Below, one piece after another: positions 29,740-39,725 of a stretch of 64,000 nucleotides of DNA (position 1 is the first letter of the stretch; each line of letters opens with the position of its first letter). The stretch is from Longimicrobiales bacterium (lineage in GTDB: Bacteria > Gemmatimonadota > Gemmatimonadetes > Longimicrobiales > Gaopeijiaceae): contig CBDCNQ010000001.1 of NCBI GenBank assembly GCA_965219445.1, positions 64,001 through 128,000 on the forward strand, written 5' to 3'. The position numbers and the translations under genes are program-made. Under the pieces are notes generated by a model. It saw only the letters and a program-made list of their open reading frames with translations, was not told where the DNA came from and did no database searches.

Positions 29740-30232
29740 AGACCGCGATTCTCGCGGAGCAGGCCTGACACACATCGACGCCCAGGGAAACCCAATCATG
29801 GTGGATGTGTCGGGTAAGGAGACCTCGATGCGAATCGCGACGGCCGAAGGCCGCATCCGCATGTCCACGGACACTTTGGTGGCCATTCGCGGGGGGGGAG
29901 TACAGAAAGGAGATGTCCTCCAGGTGGCTCGCCTGGCCGCTATCATGGCCGGAAAGCGTACCGCCGACCTGATCCCCCTCTGCCACATTCTACCTGGTGC
30001 CTCCATTGCCGTCGACCTAGACTTGGATGAAGCCCTCCCGGGGATCGTCCTACGGGCGGAAGCTCGGATCGCTGGTCAGACAGGGGTCGAGATGGAGGCC
30101 CTCACGGCCGTCTCGGTAGGTCTCCTGACGGTATACGACATGGCAAAATCCCTCGACCGTGGGATGGTGATCGAGGATGTCCGTCTGCTCCACAAAGACG
30201 GCGGAAGATCGGGCGCCTGGTCTGCGGATTGA
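29726..30232 (+). CDS. moaC: Cyclic pyranopterin monophosphate synthase
   Basis: LTHID..G...MVDVSGK, LIPLCH, TGVEMEALT. Confidence 0.96.
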   Translation: MATTEDRDSRGAGLTHIDAQGNPIMVDVSGKETSMRIATAEGRIRMSTDTLVAIRGGGVQKGDVLQVARLAAIMAGKRTADLIPLCHILPGASIAVDLDLDEALPGIVLRAEARIAGQTGVEMEALTAVSVGLLTVYDMAKSLDRGMVIEDVRLLHKDGGRSGAWSAD

Positions 30233-30277
30233 ACCATCTACCGCGGCCGCAGTTATCCCCTCGCTTGGAGAGATTCT

Positions 30278-31846
30278 GTGAGATTCAAGATCCTGGTCTT
30301 ATCAACCGTCGGTGCCACCGCCTGCTCGGGTGGTTCCCCAGCTCCCGGACCCGCACCTGCCCCCGTTTCGGGGGCTGGTGATTATGAGAGGGCGACGGTG
30401 CGGGCCGCGGCCAGAATCCTCCCCGACCGGATCCGACAGCATATCACATTTCTGGCGAGCGATGAGCTAGCGGGAAGGGACACGCCAAGTCCCGGACTCG
30501 AGACAGCAGCCTCGTATTTGGTTGAAGCCCTGCAAGAAGCCGGGGTTGATCCAGCAGGCGACAGCGGGACCTTCATTCAGCGGTTTCCTTACACGCGTAC
30601 TGCCATGGTCACCGCGTCCCGGCAGGTGAATTACCGATTGGCGGGCTCGACCCGGGAACTGGAATACGCAAGGGATTACTACGTGATACCCGGGCAGATG
30701 TCGGCGGCGAACGCCGAAGTGGTCTTTGGAGGACCGGCGAGTCGGCCTTCGGCCGGTGTGGCCCAGATCGTCGGTGGAAAGGTGGTGCTCTTCACGACCG
30801 TGGGTAACCCGATCGTCGGGACAGGTGAGGACCTACTCACGGCGTTCCAAGCCGCGGCGGAAGGCCGAGCCGCCGCAGTCGTGCTCCTCCTCGATGAGAC
30901 TCAAGAGCCCGACAGCATCACGGATATGGCCAGGGGGCTTCAGGGAGCCGGATTGGCCACCCCCCTCCCAATCGTCGGCCTGTCGCCAGCGAGCGGCGCC
31001 GCCCTGATGGTAGAGGTCGGCCTCGATCTGGCAACGCTCAGGGAGTCGCCACCGGCAAACGCGATATCGCTGGACGGCATCACGATGAACGTCTCGGCCC
31101 CCTTCGAGGTGTCCGAGCACACGCCGCCCAACGTGGTCGGTGTAGTGCGGGGTAGCGATCCGGAGTTGCGGGACGAATACATCGTGTACTCGGCACACTT
31201 TGACCATGTCGGTGTCGGAATCCCTGACGAGGCTGCGGATTCCATCTACAACGGCGCGGACGATAACGCATCCGGAACCTCGGTCCTGCTCGAGACCGCC
31301 GCCGCGTTCGCTGCTCTGGACGTGCCCCCCGCTCGCTCCGTCATCTTCCTGGCGGTGAGCGGTGAGGAGAAGGGGTTACTGGGCTCACAGCACTACTCGG
31401 AAAATCCGACCGTGCCGATCGAAGAGATCCTCATGAACATCAACCTGGACATGGTGGGGCGGAGCCACCCCGACACGGTGATCGGCATCGGTCGCCAGTA
31501 CACGAACCTCGGACCACTCACCGATCGGGTGCTCCGAGAACACCCGGACCTCGGATTCACGGTTATCGAAGACCCCAAGCCGGAGGAGCAGGGGTTTTTC
31601 CGGAGCGACCACCTCAATTTCGTGAACAAAGATATTCCGGCGATTTTCTTCTCGGCCGGGTTTGATCATGAGGATTACCACAAGCCGTCCGATGAGGTCG
31701 AGCTCATCAATGTGGAAAAGGCGGCGCGAGTAGGGCGGATGGTTTTCCATCTGGGAGCACTCGTCGCGAGCGGCACCGTCGACCCTGAATGGACCGAGGA
31801 GGGCCTGGCAGAGGTTCGGAGGATCATCGCCGACAACGGAAACTGA
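30278..31846 (+). CDS. M28 family metallopeptidase, lipoprotein
   Basis: LASDELAGR, SAHFDH, NGADDNASG, GEEKGLLGS, RSDH, DYH. Confidence 0.92.
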   Translation: MRFKILVLSTVGATACSGGSPAPGPAPAPVSGAGDYERATVRAAARILPDRIRQHITFLASDELAGRDTPSPGLETAASYLVEALQEAGVDPAGDSGTFIQRFPYTRTAMVTASRQVNYRLAGSTRELEYARDYYVIPGQMSAANAEVVFGGPASRPSAGVAQIVGGKVVLFTTVGNPIVGTGEDLLTAFQAAAEGRAAAVVLLLDETQEPDSITDMARGLQGAGLATPLPIVGLSPASGAALMVEVGLDLATLRESPPANAISLDGITMNVSAPFEVSEHTPPNVVGVVRGSDPELRDEYIVYSAHFDHVGVGIPDEAADSIYNGADDNASGTSVLLETAAAFAALDVPPARSVIFLAVSGEEKGLLGSQHYSENPTVPIEEILMNINLDMVGRSHPDTVIGIGRQYTNLGPLTDRVLREHPDLGFTVIEDPKPEEQGFFRSDHLNFVNKDIPAIFFSAGFDHEDYHKPSDEVELINVEKAARVGRMVFHLGALVASGTVDPEWTEEGLAEVRRIIADNGN

Positions 31847-31928
31847 GACGCGGACGGTGCCTCGGGTTTGACCCTCTAGAAAGGATTACGGCCCTCTGCG
31901 GGCAGGTGATTGAGCTGGGACGATGGGC

Positions 31929-33386
31929 CTACATGTGGTAGTTCGGCGCTTCACGAGTGATCGTAACGTCGTGCGGGTGCGATTCGCGTAGGCCGCCGGA
32001 GGTAACCCGCACGAACGTCGCTTTCTCCCGCAGCTCCTCCAGGTCGGCCGCTCCGCAGTACCCCATGCCACTCTGAAGGCCGCCAACGAGTTGGAACACC
32101 GTATCGGCCATGGGCCCCTTATAGGGGACCCGGGCTTCGATTCCCTCCGGGACCAACTTCCGCAGCTCAGCCGCCGGATCCTGAAAATAGCGGTCGGCGG
32201 ACCCCTCCTGCATGGCCGACAAGGAACCCATCCCACGCACGGTCTTGAAGCGGCGCCCTTCCATGAGGAAGCTCTCTCCCGGTGACTCCTCCGTGCCCGC
32301 GAACATCGATCCCATCATGACGGCTTGGGCGCCGGCGGCGAGCGCCTTCACAATATCCCCCGAGTAGCGGATTCCCCCGTCGGCGATGACGGGTATCTGA
32401 CCCTGAACACCCTCCACGGCATCCATGATGGCTGTCAACTGCGGGAGCCCAACACCCGTCACGACCCGGGTCGTGCAGATCGAACCGGGCCCCACGCCCA
32501 CCTTGACCGCGTCCGCTCCCCGCTCCATGAGAGCCGCGGCTCCTTCCTTCGTGCCGACGTTCCCCGCAACGATTTGCGCTTCGGGGAACCGCTTTCGCGC
32601 CCGAGATAGCGCCGAGAGTACACCCTCGGAGTGGCCATGGGCCGTATCCAGCACGAGCACGTCCACACCGGCATCGATGAGCTCCCCCGCCCGGTCGAGC
32701 GACTCCTTCGAGGCGCCGATCGCCGCTCCGACACGAAGCCTCCCGTGCTCGTCTTTGCACGCTCCGGGAAAGAGCCGTCGCTTGAAGATGTCTTTGACGG
32801 TGATCAAGCCCTGCAATATCCCGCTCTCGCCGACCACAGGCAGCTTTTCGATCCGGTGTTCGTGAAGGATCCTCTCGGCGGCCTCGAGCGTCGTCCCCTC
32901 CGGGGCCGTAATCAGGGTATCGGAGGTCATCACCTCGCGGATCGTACGATCCAATTCACTCTCGAACAGCAGGTCACGGTTGGTGACGATCCCCACCAGG
33001 CGGCCATCGCTTTCAACGATCGGGACACCGGAGATGGAAAACTGAGCCATGAGCTCGTGTGCGTCACGGAGGGTCTTGTCCGGCGACAACGTGATGGGAT
33101 CCAGAATCATCCCGCTCTCGGAGCGCTTGACCCGGTCCACCTCCGCCGCCTGTGTCTCGACGGACAAGTTCTTGTGGATGACGCCGAGTCCGCCTTCCCG
33201 CGCGATCGCGATGGCCATTTCCGACTCGGTGACCGTATCCATCGCGGCCGTGAGGAGAGGAATTTGCAGATCGATCTCGGTGGTAACGGATGAACGGACC
33301 ACCGTATCCTTCGGATGCACCGTCGAATGCCCCGGCACGAGCAACACGTCGTCGAACGTGAGAGATTCCTTGAGAATCACCGCCAT
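31929..33386 (-). CDS. guaB: IMP dehydrogenase
   Basis: [19 protein letters not shown] pair, [11 protein letters not shown]; alternative start at 33407. Confidence 0.97.
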   Translation of the reverse strand: MAVILKESLTFDDVLLVPGHSTVHPKDTVVRSSVTTEIDLQIPLLTAAMDTVTESEMAIAIAREGGLGVIHKNLSVETQAAEVDRVKRSESGMILDPITLSPDKTLRDAHELMAQFSISGVPIVESDGRLVGIVTNRDLLFESELDRTIREVMTSDTLITAPEGTTLEAAERILHEHRIEKLPVVGESGILQGLITVKDIFKRRLFPGACKDEHGRLRVGAAIGASKESLDRAGELIDAGVDVLVLDTAHGHSEGVLSALSRARKRFPEAQIVAGNVGTKEGAAALMERGADAVKVGVGPGSICTTRVVTGVGLPQLTAIMDAVEGVQGQIPVIADGGIRYSGDIVKALAAGAQAVMMGSMFAGTEESPGESFLMEGRRFKTVRGMGSLSAMQEGSADRYFQDPAAELRKLVPEGIEARVPYKGPMADTVFQLVGGLQSGMGYCGAADLEELREKATFVRVTSGGLRESHPHDVTITREAPNYHM

Positions 33387-33483
33387 GAAGCTATTCCCAT
33401 CCCCCATACACGAGACGCCCGCCCACCCAGAATCTCCTCCAGAGACCCTCGATGAACAGGCGCGTTCGGGACTACCATGGACG

Positions 33484-33513
33484 ATCTTACCGAGGCCCGT
33501 CTCGGGGTGTCAA
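33484..33513 (-). promoter_or_regulatory. Candidate sigma70 promoter for guaB (TTGACA-N18-TAAGAT)
   Basis: Minus strand reads ttgacaccccgagacgggcctcggtaagat. Confidence 0.55.
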
Positions 33514-33560
33514 CCCTCGGGCCAGCTTGTCCATTCCACCCGTCGGCTCTTCTAATCTTG

Positions 33561-33962
33561 TTAGCGCCCTCCAACCGGATCCTCATCCGGGGCCTCGGAC
33601 CGAGGGTCATCATCGGTGCCAGACTCATCCAATAGTGGGGGCTCATCCTCGACGGGGCCCTCCTCAGCACCGGGCGTGAGTTCCTCCATGAGCTTCTTTC
33701 CTGCAGACGAAACGTTGGACAGAACCCGATCCGCGGCCGAAATCAGTTGAAACGCTTCGCGAAGCGTCGCCGGGCTCACTGCGTTCTTTCTCAGCTTGTC
33801 CTCCATCGCTTCGGCAAAACGCTGGAGTCCCGAGGTCTCCTCCGCCCCGTCCGTCCCATACTTACTCTCCAGAAACTCGATGTAATCCAGCATCTGGTAG
33901 ACCTGCTCCTCGGGCAGACTCTCGATCTTTCGCATGAGACGCTGGCGAAGTATGTCGTGCAT
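33561..33962 (-). CDS. Hypothetical protein (DUF2281-like N-terminus)
   Basis: KIESLPEEQVYQMLDYIEFLESKY; acidic tail. Confidence 0.65.
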   Translation of the reverse strand: MHDILRQRLMRKIESLPEEQVYQMLDYIEFLESKYGTDGAEETSGLQRFAEAMEDKLRKNAVSPATLREAFQLISAADRVLSNVSSAGKKLMEELTPGAEEGPVEDEPPLLDESGTDDDPRSEAPDEDPVGGR

Positions 33963-34129
33963 GAACGCAGATCCAGATCGGGTTTATGCTCCGTTCGAAT
34001 GTCAACCGCAAGTTAACACAGCGTGGTGTGTAAGGGCGACCGCTTGCCCGACCGCAGAAAGCGCCTAACGTTTGCTGTCATCTTGGGCTCTTTCACTCCT
34101 CTGTACGGCTCCATCAGCCCCTCTAATTC

Positions 34130-34951
34130 ATGACCTTTCTACCCAATCGAGTTGTTGGAATCTCCACGGGCGCCGAGCAACTCTGTTCACGCTGGCTCGA
34201 GTCCATCGATGAGCGCCTAGATGCCGCGGACTGTGACCGCTACGAGCTCTGCAGGTCGGTCCTGACCGAGATCCACTTCCCTCACCTCATCGGGGTGGAT
34301 CCCACCACACTTCCGGTCGCAACGCAGGTCGCGCTCGCGCAGATGGACGCCAGAAACGTGACGTTGGAGCCCGAGTACTACGCTGAGATCGACGTTCGGC
34401 GATATGAGGCCATCAAGCCGCTCATGTGGCTCTGGGAGATGTTCGACCGGAGTGCCCTGGCCGAAAATGTGCACCTCGGTGTCAAATTCCGCCGGATTCT
34501 GGCGAATCGGATCTTTCGGAAATGTGGCGAGAACTTCAAAGCGTTCCACCACGTCAAGCTCTCGTTCGGCTACAACCTTGAGGTCGGAGACAATGTGGTG
34601 GTCCATCGACACGTCTTACTGGATGACCGAGGCGGGATAACTCTCGGAGATGGTGCCTCAATCTCCGATTTCGCCAACGTCTACAGCCATTCGCACGATG
34701 TCGTGGAGGGGCGGGACATCACGACCCCACTGACCATCATCGGCGCTGGAGTCCGGGTCACCTACCATGCCACGGTCATGTCTGGAGTACATCTTGCTGA
34801 AGGGAGCATGCTGGGATCGTTCGCCGTCGCCACGAAGGACACCGAGCCGCACGCTATCTACGCCGGAATACCGGCCAAGAAGATCAAGGACAAGCCGGCT
34901 GGGTCCCGGCAGCCTCCTACGCCCGACCCTCTAGCAGATCCATCGACGTGA
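34130..34951 (+). CDS. Hexapeptide-repeat (left-handed beta helix) acyltransferase
   Basis: LEVGDNVVV, ITLGDGASI, TIIGAGVRV, YAGIPAK. Confidence 0.85.
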   Translation: MTFLPNRVVGISTGAEQLCSRWLESIDERLDAADCDRYELCRSVLTEIHFPHLIGVDPTTLPVATQVALAQMDARNVTLEPEYYAEIDVRRYEAIKPLMWLWEMFDRSALAENVHLGVKFRRILANRIFRKCGENFKAFHHVKLSFGYNLEVGDNVVVHRHVLLDDRGGITLGDGASISDFANVYSHSHDVVEGRDITTPLTIIGAGVRVTYHATVMSGVHLAEGSMLGSFAVATKDTEPHAIYAGIPAKKIKDKPAGSRQPPTPDPLADPST

Positions 34952-34983
34952 GCCAGACGGCCTGTTGAAGAAGTACTAGCCTT

Positions 34984-36942
34984 CTACCCTTCCTCCGCTT
35001 CGTACTGAGTCTTCAGCTGCTCCACAACTGCTGGATCGGCCAGGGTCGTTGTATCGCCTAACGCCTTCCCCTCTGCAACATCCTTCAAGAGCCTCCGCAT
35101 GATCTTGCCGGATCGGGTCTTCGGTAGGTCAGCCGTGAAGATCACCGTCTCGGGACGTGCGATCGCCCCGATCTTTTCGGCGACATGCTTCTTCAATTCC
35201 ACCTCGAGGTCGTCGTCCCCCCTCTCACCTCCCTTCAGCGTCACGAAGGCGGCGACGGCCTGACCCTTAACGTCGTGTGACTTGCTGACCACGGCGGCCT
35301 CGACAACGACGGGGTGATCCACCAGCGCGCTCTCGACCTCCATCGTACCGATTCGGTGCCCAGCCACGTTGAGTACGTCATCCACCCGGCCCAGAATCCA
35401 CAAGTACCCGTCATCGTCCCGTTTTGCGCCGTCTCCGGGGAAGTAGATTCCCTCCCACTTGGACCAGTACGTCTCGCGGTAGCGCTCCTCGTCTCCGTAG
35501 ATCGTGCGGAGCATGGACGGCCACGGCTCGGTAATCGCCAGCAAGCCGGCGTCCACTTCTGCGCCGTCGTCATCGAGCAGGGCGACCGAAATCCCCGGAA
35601 AGGGTTGTGTGGCGCTTCCCGGACGCGTCTCGGTGACCGCTGGAAGCGGCGTGATCATGATGGCGCCGGTCTCGGTCTGCCACCACGTATCTACGATTGG
35701 GCAACGCTCCTTTCCGAGAACGCGATGGTACCACATCCACGCCTCCGGATTGATCGGCTCGCCCACGCTCCCGAGGAGACGGAGCTTGGACAGATCATGT
35801 TTTTCCGGCCATTCCTCGCCCCATTTCATGAACGCCCGAATCGCCGTTGGTGCCGTATAAAAGACCGTCACACCGTACTTTTCACAGAAATCCCAGAATC
35901 GGTCCTTTTCGGGCCAATCAGGCGCACCTTCGTACATGAGGGTGGTGGCACCGTTGGCCAGGGGGCCGTAGACGATATAACTGTGCCCCGTGACCCATCC
36001 GACGTCGGCGGTGCACCAATAGACGTCGTCCTCCCTGAGATCGAAGACACACTGCGTGGTGGCGGCGACCTGGGTCAAGTAGCCACCGGTGGTGTGCACC
36101 ACGCCCTTGGGTTTTCCCGTCGTTCCGGACGTGTAGAGGATGTACAGCAGGTCCTCGGCATCCATGACCTCGGGGGCGCAGTCCGCGGTCACAGCGGCGA
36201 TGAGGTCGTGATACCAATGATCGCGACCCGCTTCCATATGGGTGTCGAGCCGGGGGGTGAGATCCGCCCCCCTCGCGACCACGACCACGTGCTCGATCGT
36301 CGTGCAGGACTCCAACGCCTTGTCGGCATTCACCTTGAGGGGGACGATCCCACCCCGTCGGTACCCGCCGTCGGCAGTGATCAACACCTTCGCCGTGGCA
36401 TCATTGATGCGATCGGAGAGAGATTCCGGACTGAATCCACCGAAGACCACCGAATGGGGAGCACCGATGCGCGTGCACGCGAGCATGGCGATCGCGGCTT
36501 CAGGAATCATGGGTAGGTAGATGGCCACGCGATCACCCTTCCCCACCCCCAAGCCCTTCAGCGCATTCGCGAACTGACATACCTCCCGGTGGAGGCTCTC
36601 AAACGTGTACTCGCGGACATCGCCCGGCTCTCCCTCCCAAATTAACGCAACCTTGTTCCGGCGCGGCCCATCCAGGTGTCTATCCAGACAGTTATGGGAG
36701 ACGTTGAGCTTTCCTCCGACGAACCACCTGGCGTGAGGGGGCTCCCATTCGAGCACCGTGTGCCATCTCTCGAACCAATCGAGTTTCTCCGCCCACGATT
36801 CCCAGAAAGCGAGGCGATCCGCAGACGCACTTTCGTACAGGCCTCGATCGGGTACGACCGCCCCTTCTCCAAAATTCCCGGGCGGTGGAAATCGGCGATT
36901 CTCGGTTAGGAGCACGTCGAAACCCTGACCCCCTGTGCTCAT
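34984..36942 (-). CDS. acs: Acetyl-CoA synthetase
   Basis: [45 protein letters not shown]. Confidence 0.97.
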   Translation of the reverse strand: MSTGGQGFDVLLTENRRFPPPGNFGEGAVVPDRGLYESASADRLAFWESWAEKLDWFERWHTVLEWEPPHARWFVGGKLNVSHNCLDRHLDGPRRNKVALIWEGEPGDVREYTFESLHREVCQFANALKGLGVGKGDRVAIYLPMIPEAAIAMLACTRIGAPHSVVFGGFSPESLSDRINDATAKVLITADGGYRRGGIVPLKVNADKALESCTTIEHVVVVARGADLTPRLDTHMEAGRDHWYHDLIAAVTADCAPEVMDAEDLLYILYTSGTTGKPKGVVHTTGGYLTQVAATTQCVFDLREDDVYWCTADVGWVTGHSYIVYGPLANGATTLMYEGAPDWPEKDRFWDFCEKYGVTVFYTAPTAIRAFMKWGEEWPEKHDLSKLRLLGSVGEPINPEAWMWYHRVLGKERCPIVDTWWQTETGAIMITPLPAVTETRPGSATQPFPGISVALLDDDGAEVDAGLLAITEPWPSMLRTIYGDEERYRETYWSKWEGIYFPGDGAKRDDDGYLWILGRVDDVLNVAGHRIGTMEVESALVDHPVVVEAAVVSKSHDVKGQAVAAFVTLKGGERGDDDLEVELKKHVAEKIGAIARPETVIFTADLPKTRSGKIMRRLLKDVAEGKALGDTTTLADPAVVEQLKTQYEAEEG

Positions 36943-37108
36943 TCGAGTCCCCCGCTTCCGATTTCCTCACCCATGTGATCTCCTCCGTACTCCGTAGTGG
37001 ACCATCGGTGTGCCGAACCCGCTCAGTAGACCGACACAGTTGCGTTCGGCGTGCGCCCGCCAGAGTAGGGCAGTCGAGCAGCAAACGGCAAGCGCCGGCG
37101 GAGAATCC

Positions 37109-37669
37109 TTACCCCGCCTCTATCAGTGAGGACCTGAGGCCTCGATGAGCCAGGGCCCGCTCGAAGGCGGCGGTCGCGGCCGACGCCAACGCGGACACCG
37201 CGCTTGCCCCTGCGCTCAAAGCTTCCGACGGGATTGTGAGCTTGATGCGCACCTCCGTCTCGGCGGCTCGTGGATCGTCCTTCGGATCATCCATCCTCAA
37301 CCGCAACACGAGCGGGGTATGCGAGTGCTCGGGGAGGCAGTCGGCGGTGACCCTAGAAAGGGCAGCGAGAAGGTCGGGCATCGGCCCCAACAGCCCCAGT
37401 TCCGGGCCGGTCACGACCAGAGCGAGATTTCCCTTGAGGCCCTTTGTCGTCTCGTCGAGGAACACATCGATACTCACGAAATCCGGACCCTCATCGTCAT
37501 GAAAGAAAAGGTAAGCGCTACGTGAGCTTTCCCCCTCCCACCGGCCCTCGAACTGGTGACTGGTAGTCTTCTGGAGGCCGGAGAGTACCCAACCGGAACG
37601 TGTGATACCGTCCTGAACCGCCTCGATAAGCGGCTCGAGAGTCAGTAGGTGCTGGGCGTCGTCGGTCAT
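37109..37669 (-). CDS. Hypothetical protein
   Basis: 186-aa ORF with normal composition filling the gap between acs and the Fur-family gene. Confidence 0.65.
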   Translation of the reverse strand: MTDDAQHLLTLEPLIEAVQDGITRSGWVLSGLQKTTSHQFEGRWEGESSRSAYLFFHDDEGPDFVSIDVFLDETTKGLKGNLALVVTGPELGLLGPMPDLLAALSRVTADCLPEHSHTPLVLRLRMDDPKDDPRAAETEVRIKLTIPSEALSAGASAVSALASAATAAFERALAHRGLRSSLIEAG

Positions 37670-37705
37670 GGCACAGGCCGGAGTCGGGGGATATATTGTA
37701 ATATC

Positions 37706-38179
37706 ATGAAATCACCGAGTACGAACTCTCAAGATGTGGTGTTACGCCGGACTCTTCAGGAGAACGGGCACCGTTACACTGATCAACGCGCCGCCGTTTT
37801 CAGGCTTGTGGCGCGCAGCAGAGTCCACCCCACCGCGGAGGACGTGTTCCTGGGCGTGCGTACCGAAGTCCCCGGAATCTCGCTCGCGACGGTCTACAAG
37901 AGCCTCGAAACGTTGGTCAGCTGCGGACTGGCGAAGAAGCTCAACCCTCCGGACGGCTCGGCCCGATTTTGTGGCCGGACGGAACCCCACCATCATGCGC
38001 GGTGCCTGGCCTGCGGGGGCGTGTCGGACGTCTCCGGCGAACTCGGCGCCGCGGAAATCGCCGCCCTCCGATCGCGGGCTAATGGATTTCACTTGGTGGG
38101 ATACGAGCTCGAATTGACGGGGTACTGCTCGGACTGCACGCCGCCGACAGGTAACCGGGCCGGCGCCTCCTCCAACTGA
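37706..38179 (+). CDS. Fur family regulator (PerR-like)
   Basis: RYTDQR, HPTAEDV, ISLATVYKSL, HHHARCLACG, GYCSDC. Confidence 0.9.
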   Translation: MKSPSTNSQDVVLRRTLQENGHRYTDQRAAVFRLVARSRVHPTAEDVFLGVRTEVPGISLATVYKSLETLVSCGLAKKLNPPDGSARFCGRTEPHHHARCLACGGVSDVSGELGAAEIAALRSRANGFHLVGYELELTGYCSDCTPPTGNRAGASSN

Positions 38180-38249
38180 CGTCATCACCCTGGGTGCGCC
38201 GCGTCAGCTCCCTCGTCTAAGGGGCGAAGCCACGTTTGATCCGTCCGAC

Positions 38250-39725
38250 GTGCTCCCTTACGCTAGCGCGGCTGGTCCGTTGTCGATCCGGCCGACGGCC
38301 GTGGCGCGCCCGATGGACGCCGACGATATCTCCACGGTGCTCCGTTGGGCCTCCCAGCATGGGGAGCCCGTCGTTCCCAGAGGCGCGGGCACGGGCCTGC
38401 CGGGTGGCAACGTCGGGCACGGCATCGCGCTAGATGTCAGTGTAGGCTTCAAGACCCTTGGGCCCTTGGACATATCCGGCCGTACTGTGCGCGTAGAGCC
38501 GGGTGTCTTGGCCGGGGATGTGGACCGGGCGGCCCGACGGGCAGGCTTGTTCCTCCCTCCACTACCGTCGAGCGCTGACCGATGCACGGTCGGAGGGATG
38601 GTCGCGAACAACGCCGCCGGGGCGCGGACGTTCAAGTACGGAGCCACACGTGATTGGGTCCAGGCGCTTGACGTGGTCACCGCCGACGGGAGCCAGTATC
38701 GCCTCGCGGGGGGTGAGACGATGCCGCCCGAGTTCCGCGAACTCCACACCGAACTGCGGACGGATCTGGAGAGCGAGCCCGAGGGGTGGCCCAATGTCCG
38801 AAAGAACTCCAGTGGCTACGCGCTCGACCGGTTCCTGCCGGGGGCAGACGCGGTTCAGCTCGTCGTCGGGAGCGAGGGGACGATCGCCGTTGTGACATCG
38901 GTCACGCTGGCCCTAGCGCCGCTGCCTGAGGCACAGGCTGTGTCCCTCATCGTGCTTCGGAACAAGCTCGACCTCCCCATCCTAATCCAGTGGGCCCGGG
39001 ACAACGACGCCTCCGCCTGTGAATTCTTCGGGCGTCGCTTTCTGGAGGTCGTTTCGCTCTCCGGGCACACCGTAGCCGGAGCGGCCGTCGAGGGTGCCGA
39101 GGCCGCTCTGCTCTTGGAATTGGACGGCGACCGGGACTCCGTTTCGACGGGAGCGGAGTCGCTACGGATCCTGGCCCGCGAACTAGGTCTGCAAGCCATC
39201 GTGGGCCTGGAAGAGATCGACCGCCGGAACCTGTGGAGCCTGCGGCACGCCGCCAGCCCGTTGATCGCTGAGTCTGCCCGGACCGGACTCTTGTCTACTC
39301 AGATCATCGAGGACTCGGCCGTGCCACCTGAGGCGCTCGGAGCCTACCTTTCGGGGCTCGATGAGATCCTACACTCGGCCGACACCGACGCTGTGATTTT
39401 TGGCCATGCGGGAGACGCCAACGTCCACGTAAACCCTTTGCTCGACATTCGACGACCGTCGTGGCGAGATCTTGCCCGTACCATCCTGGGGGAAACTGCG
39501 GGTCTCGTGGCTGAGCTCGGAGGAACCCTTTCCGGAGAGCACGGAGACGGGCGGCTTCGTGCACCCTTCCTGGAGCAAATCTGGGGGTCGAAGCTGACAG
39601 CGTGTTTCGAGAGAACGAAGGCCACGCTCGATCCGTTCGGAATCCTCAATCCAGGCGTGATCATCCCGCGCCCGGGCCAGGACCCGCTGGAAGGCCTTTG
39701 GCCTCAATATGGCGGTTCGGCATGA
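38250..39725 (+). CDS. FAD-binding oxidoreductase (GlcD/D-lactate dehydrogenase-like)
   Basis: PRGAGTGLPG, GGMVANNAAG, GSEGT, GHAGDANVH, SGEHGDG, LNPG; the frame stays open upstream so the start is uncertain. Confidence 0.88.
   Translation: MLPYASAAGPLSIRPTAVARPMDADDISTVLRWASQHGEPVVPRGAGTGLPGGNVGHGIALDVSVGFKTLGPLDISGRTVRVEPGVLAGDVDRAARRAGLFLPPLPSSADRCTVGGMVANNAAGARTFKYGATRDWVQALDVVTADGSQYRLAGGETMPPEFRELHTELRTDLESEPEGWPNVRKNSSGYALDRFLPGADAVQLVVGSEGTIAVVTSVTLALAPLPEAQAVSLIVLRNKLDLPILIQWARDNDASACEFFGRRFLEVVSLSGHTVAGAAVEGAEAALLLELDGDRDSVSTGAESLRILARELGLQAIVGLEEIDRRNLWSLRHAASPLIAESARTGLLSTQIIEDSAVPPEALGAYLSGLDEILHSADTDAVIFGHAGDANVHVNPLLDIRRPSWRDLARTILGETAGLVAELGGTLSGEHGDGRLRAPFLEQIWGSKLTACFERTKATLDPFGILNPGVIIPRPGQDPLEGLWPQYGGSA

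Noticed and set aside
35314..36516. Long antisense ORFs (also 62040..62999, 49108..50253, 7826..8758, 59003..59806)
   Set aside because: Shadow frames opposite well-supported genes, expected in high-GC DNA
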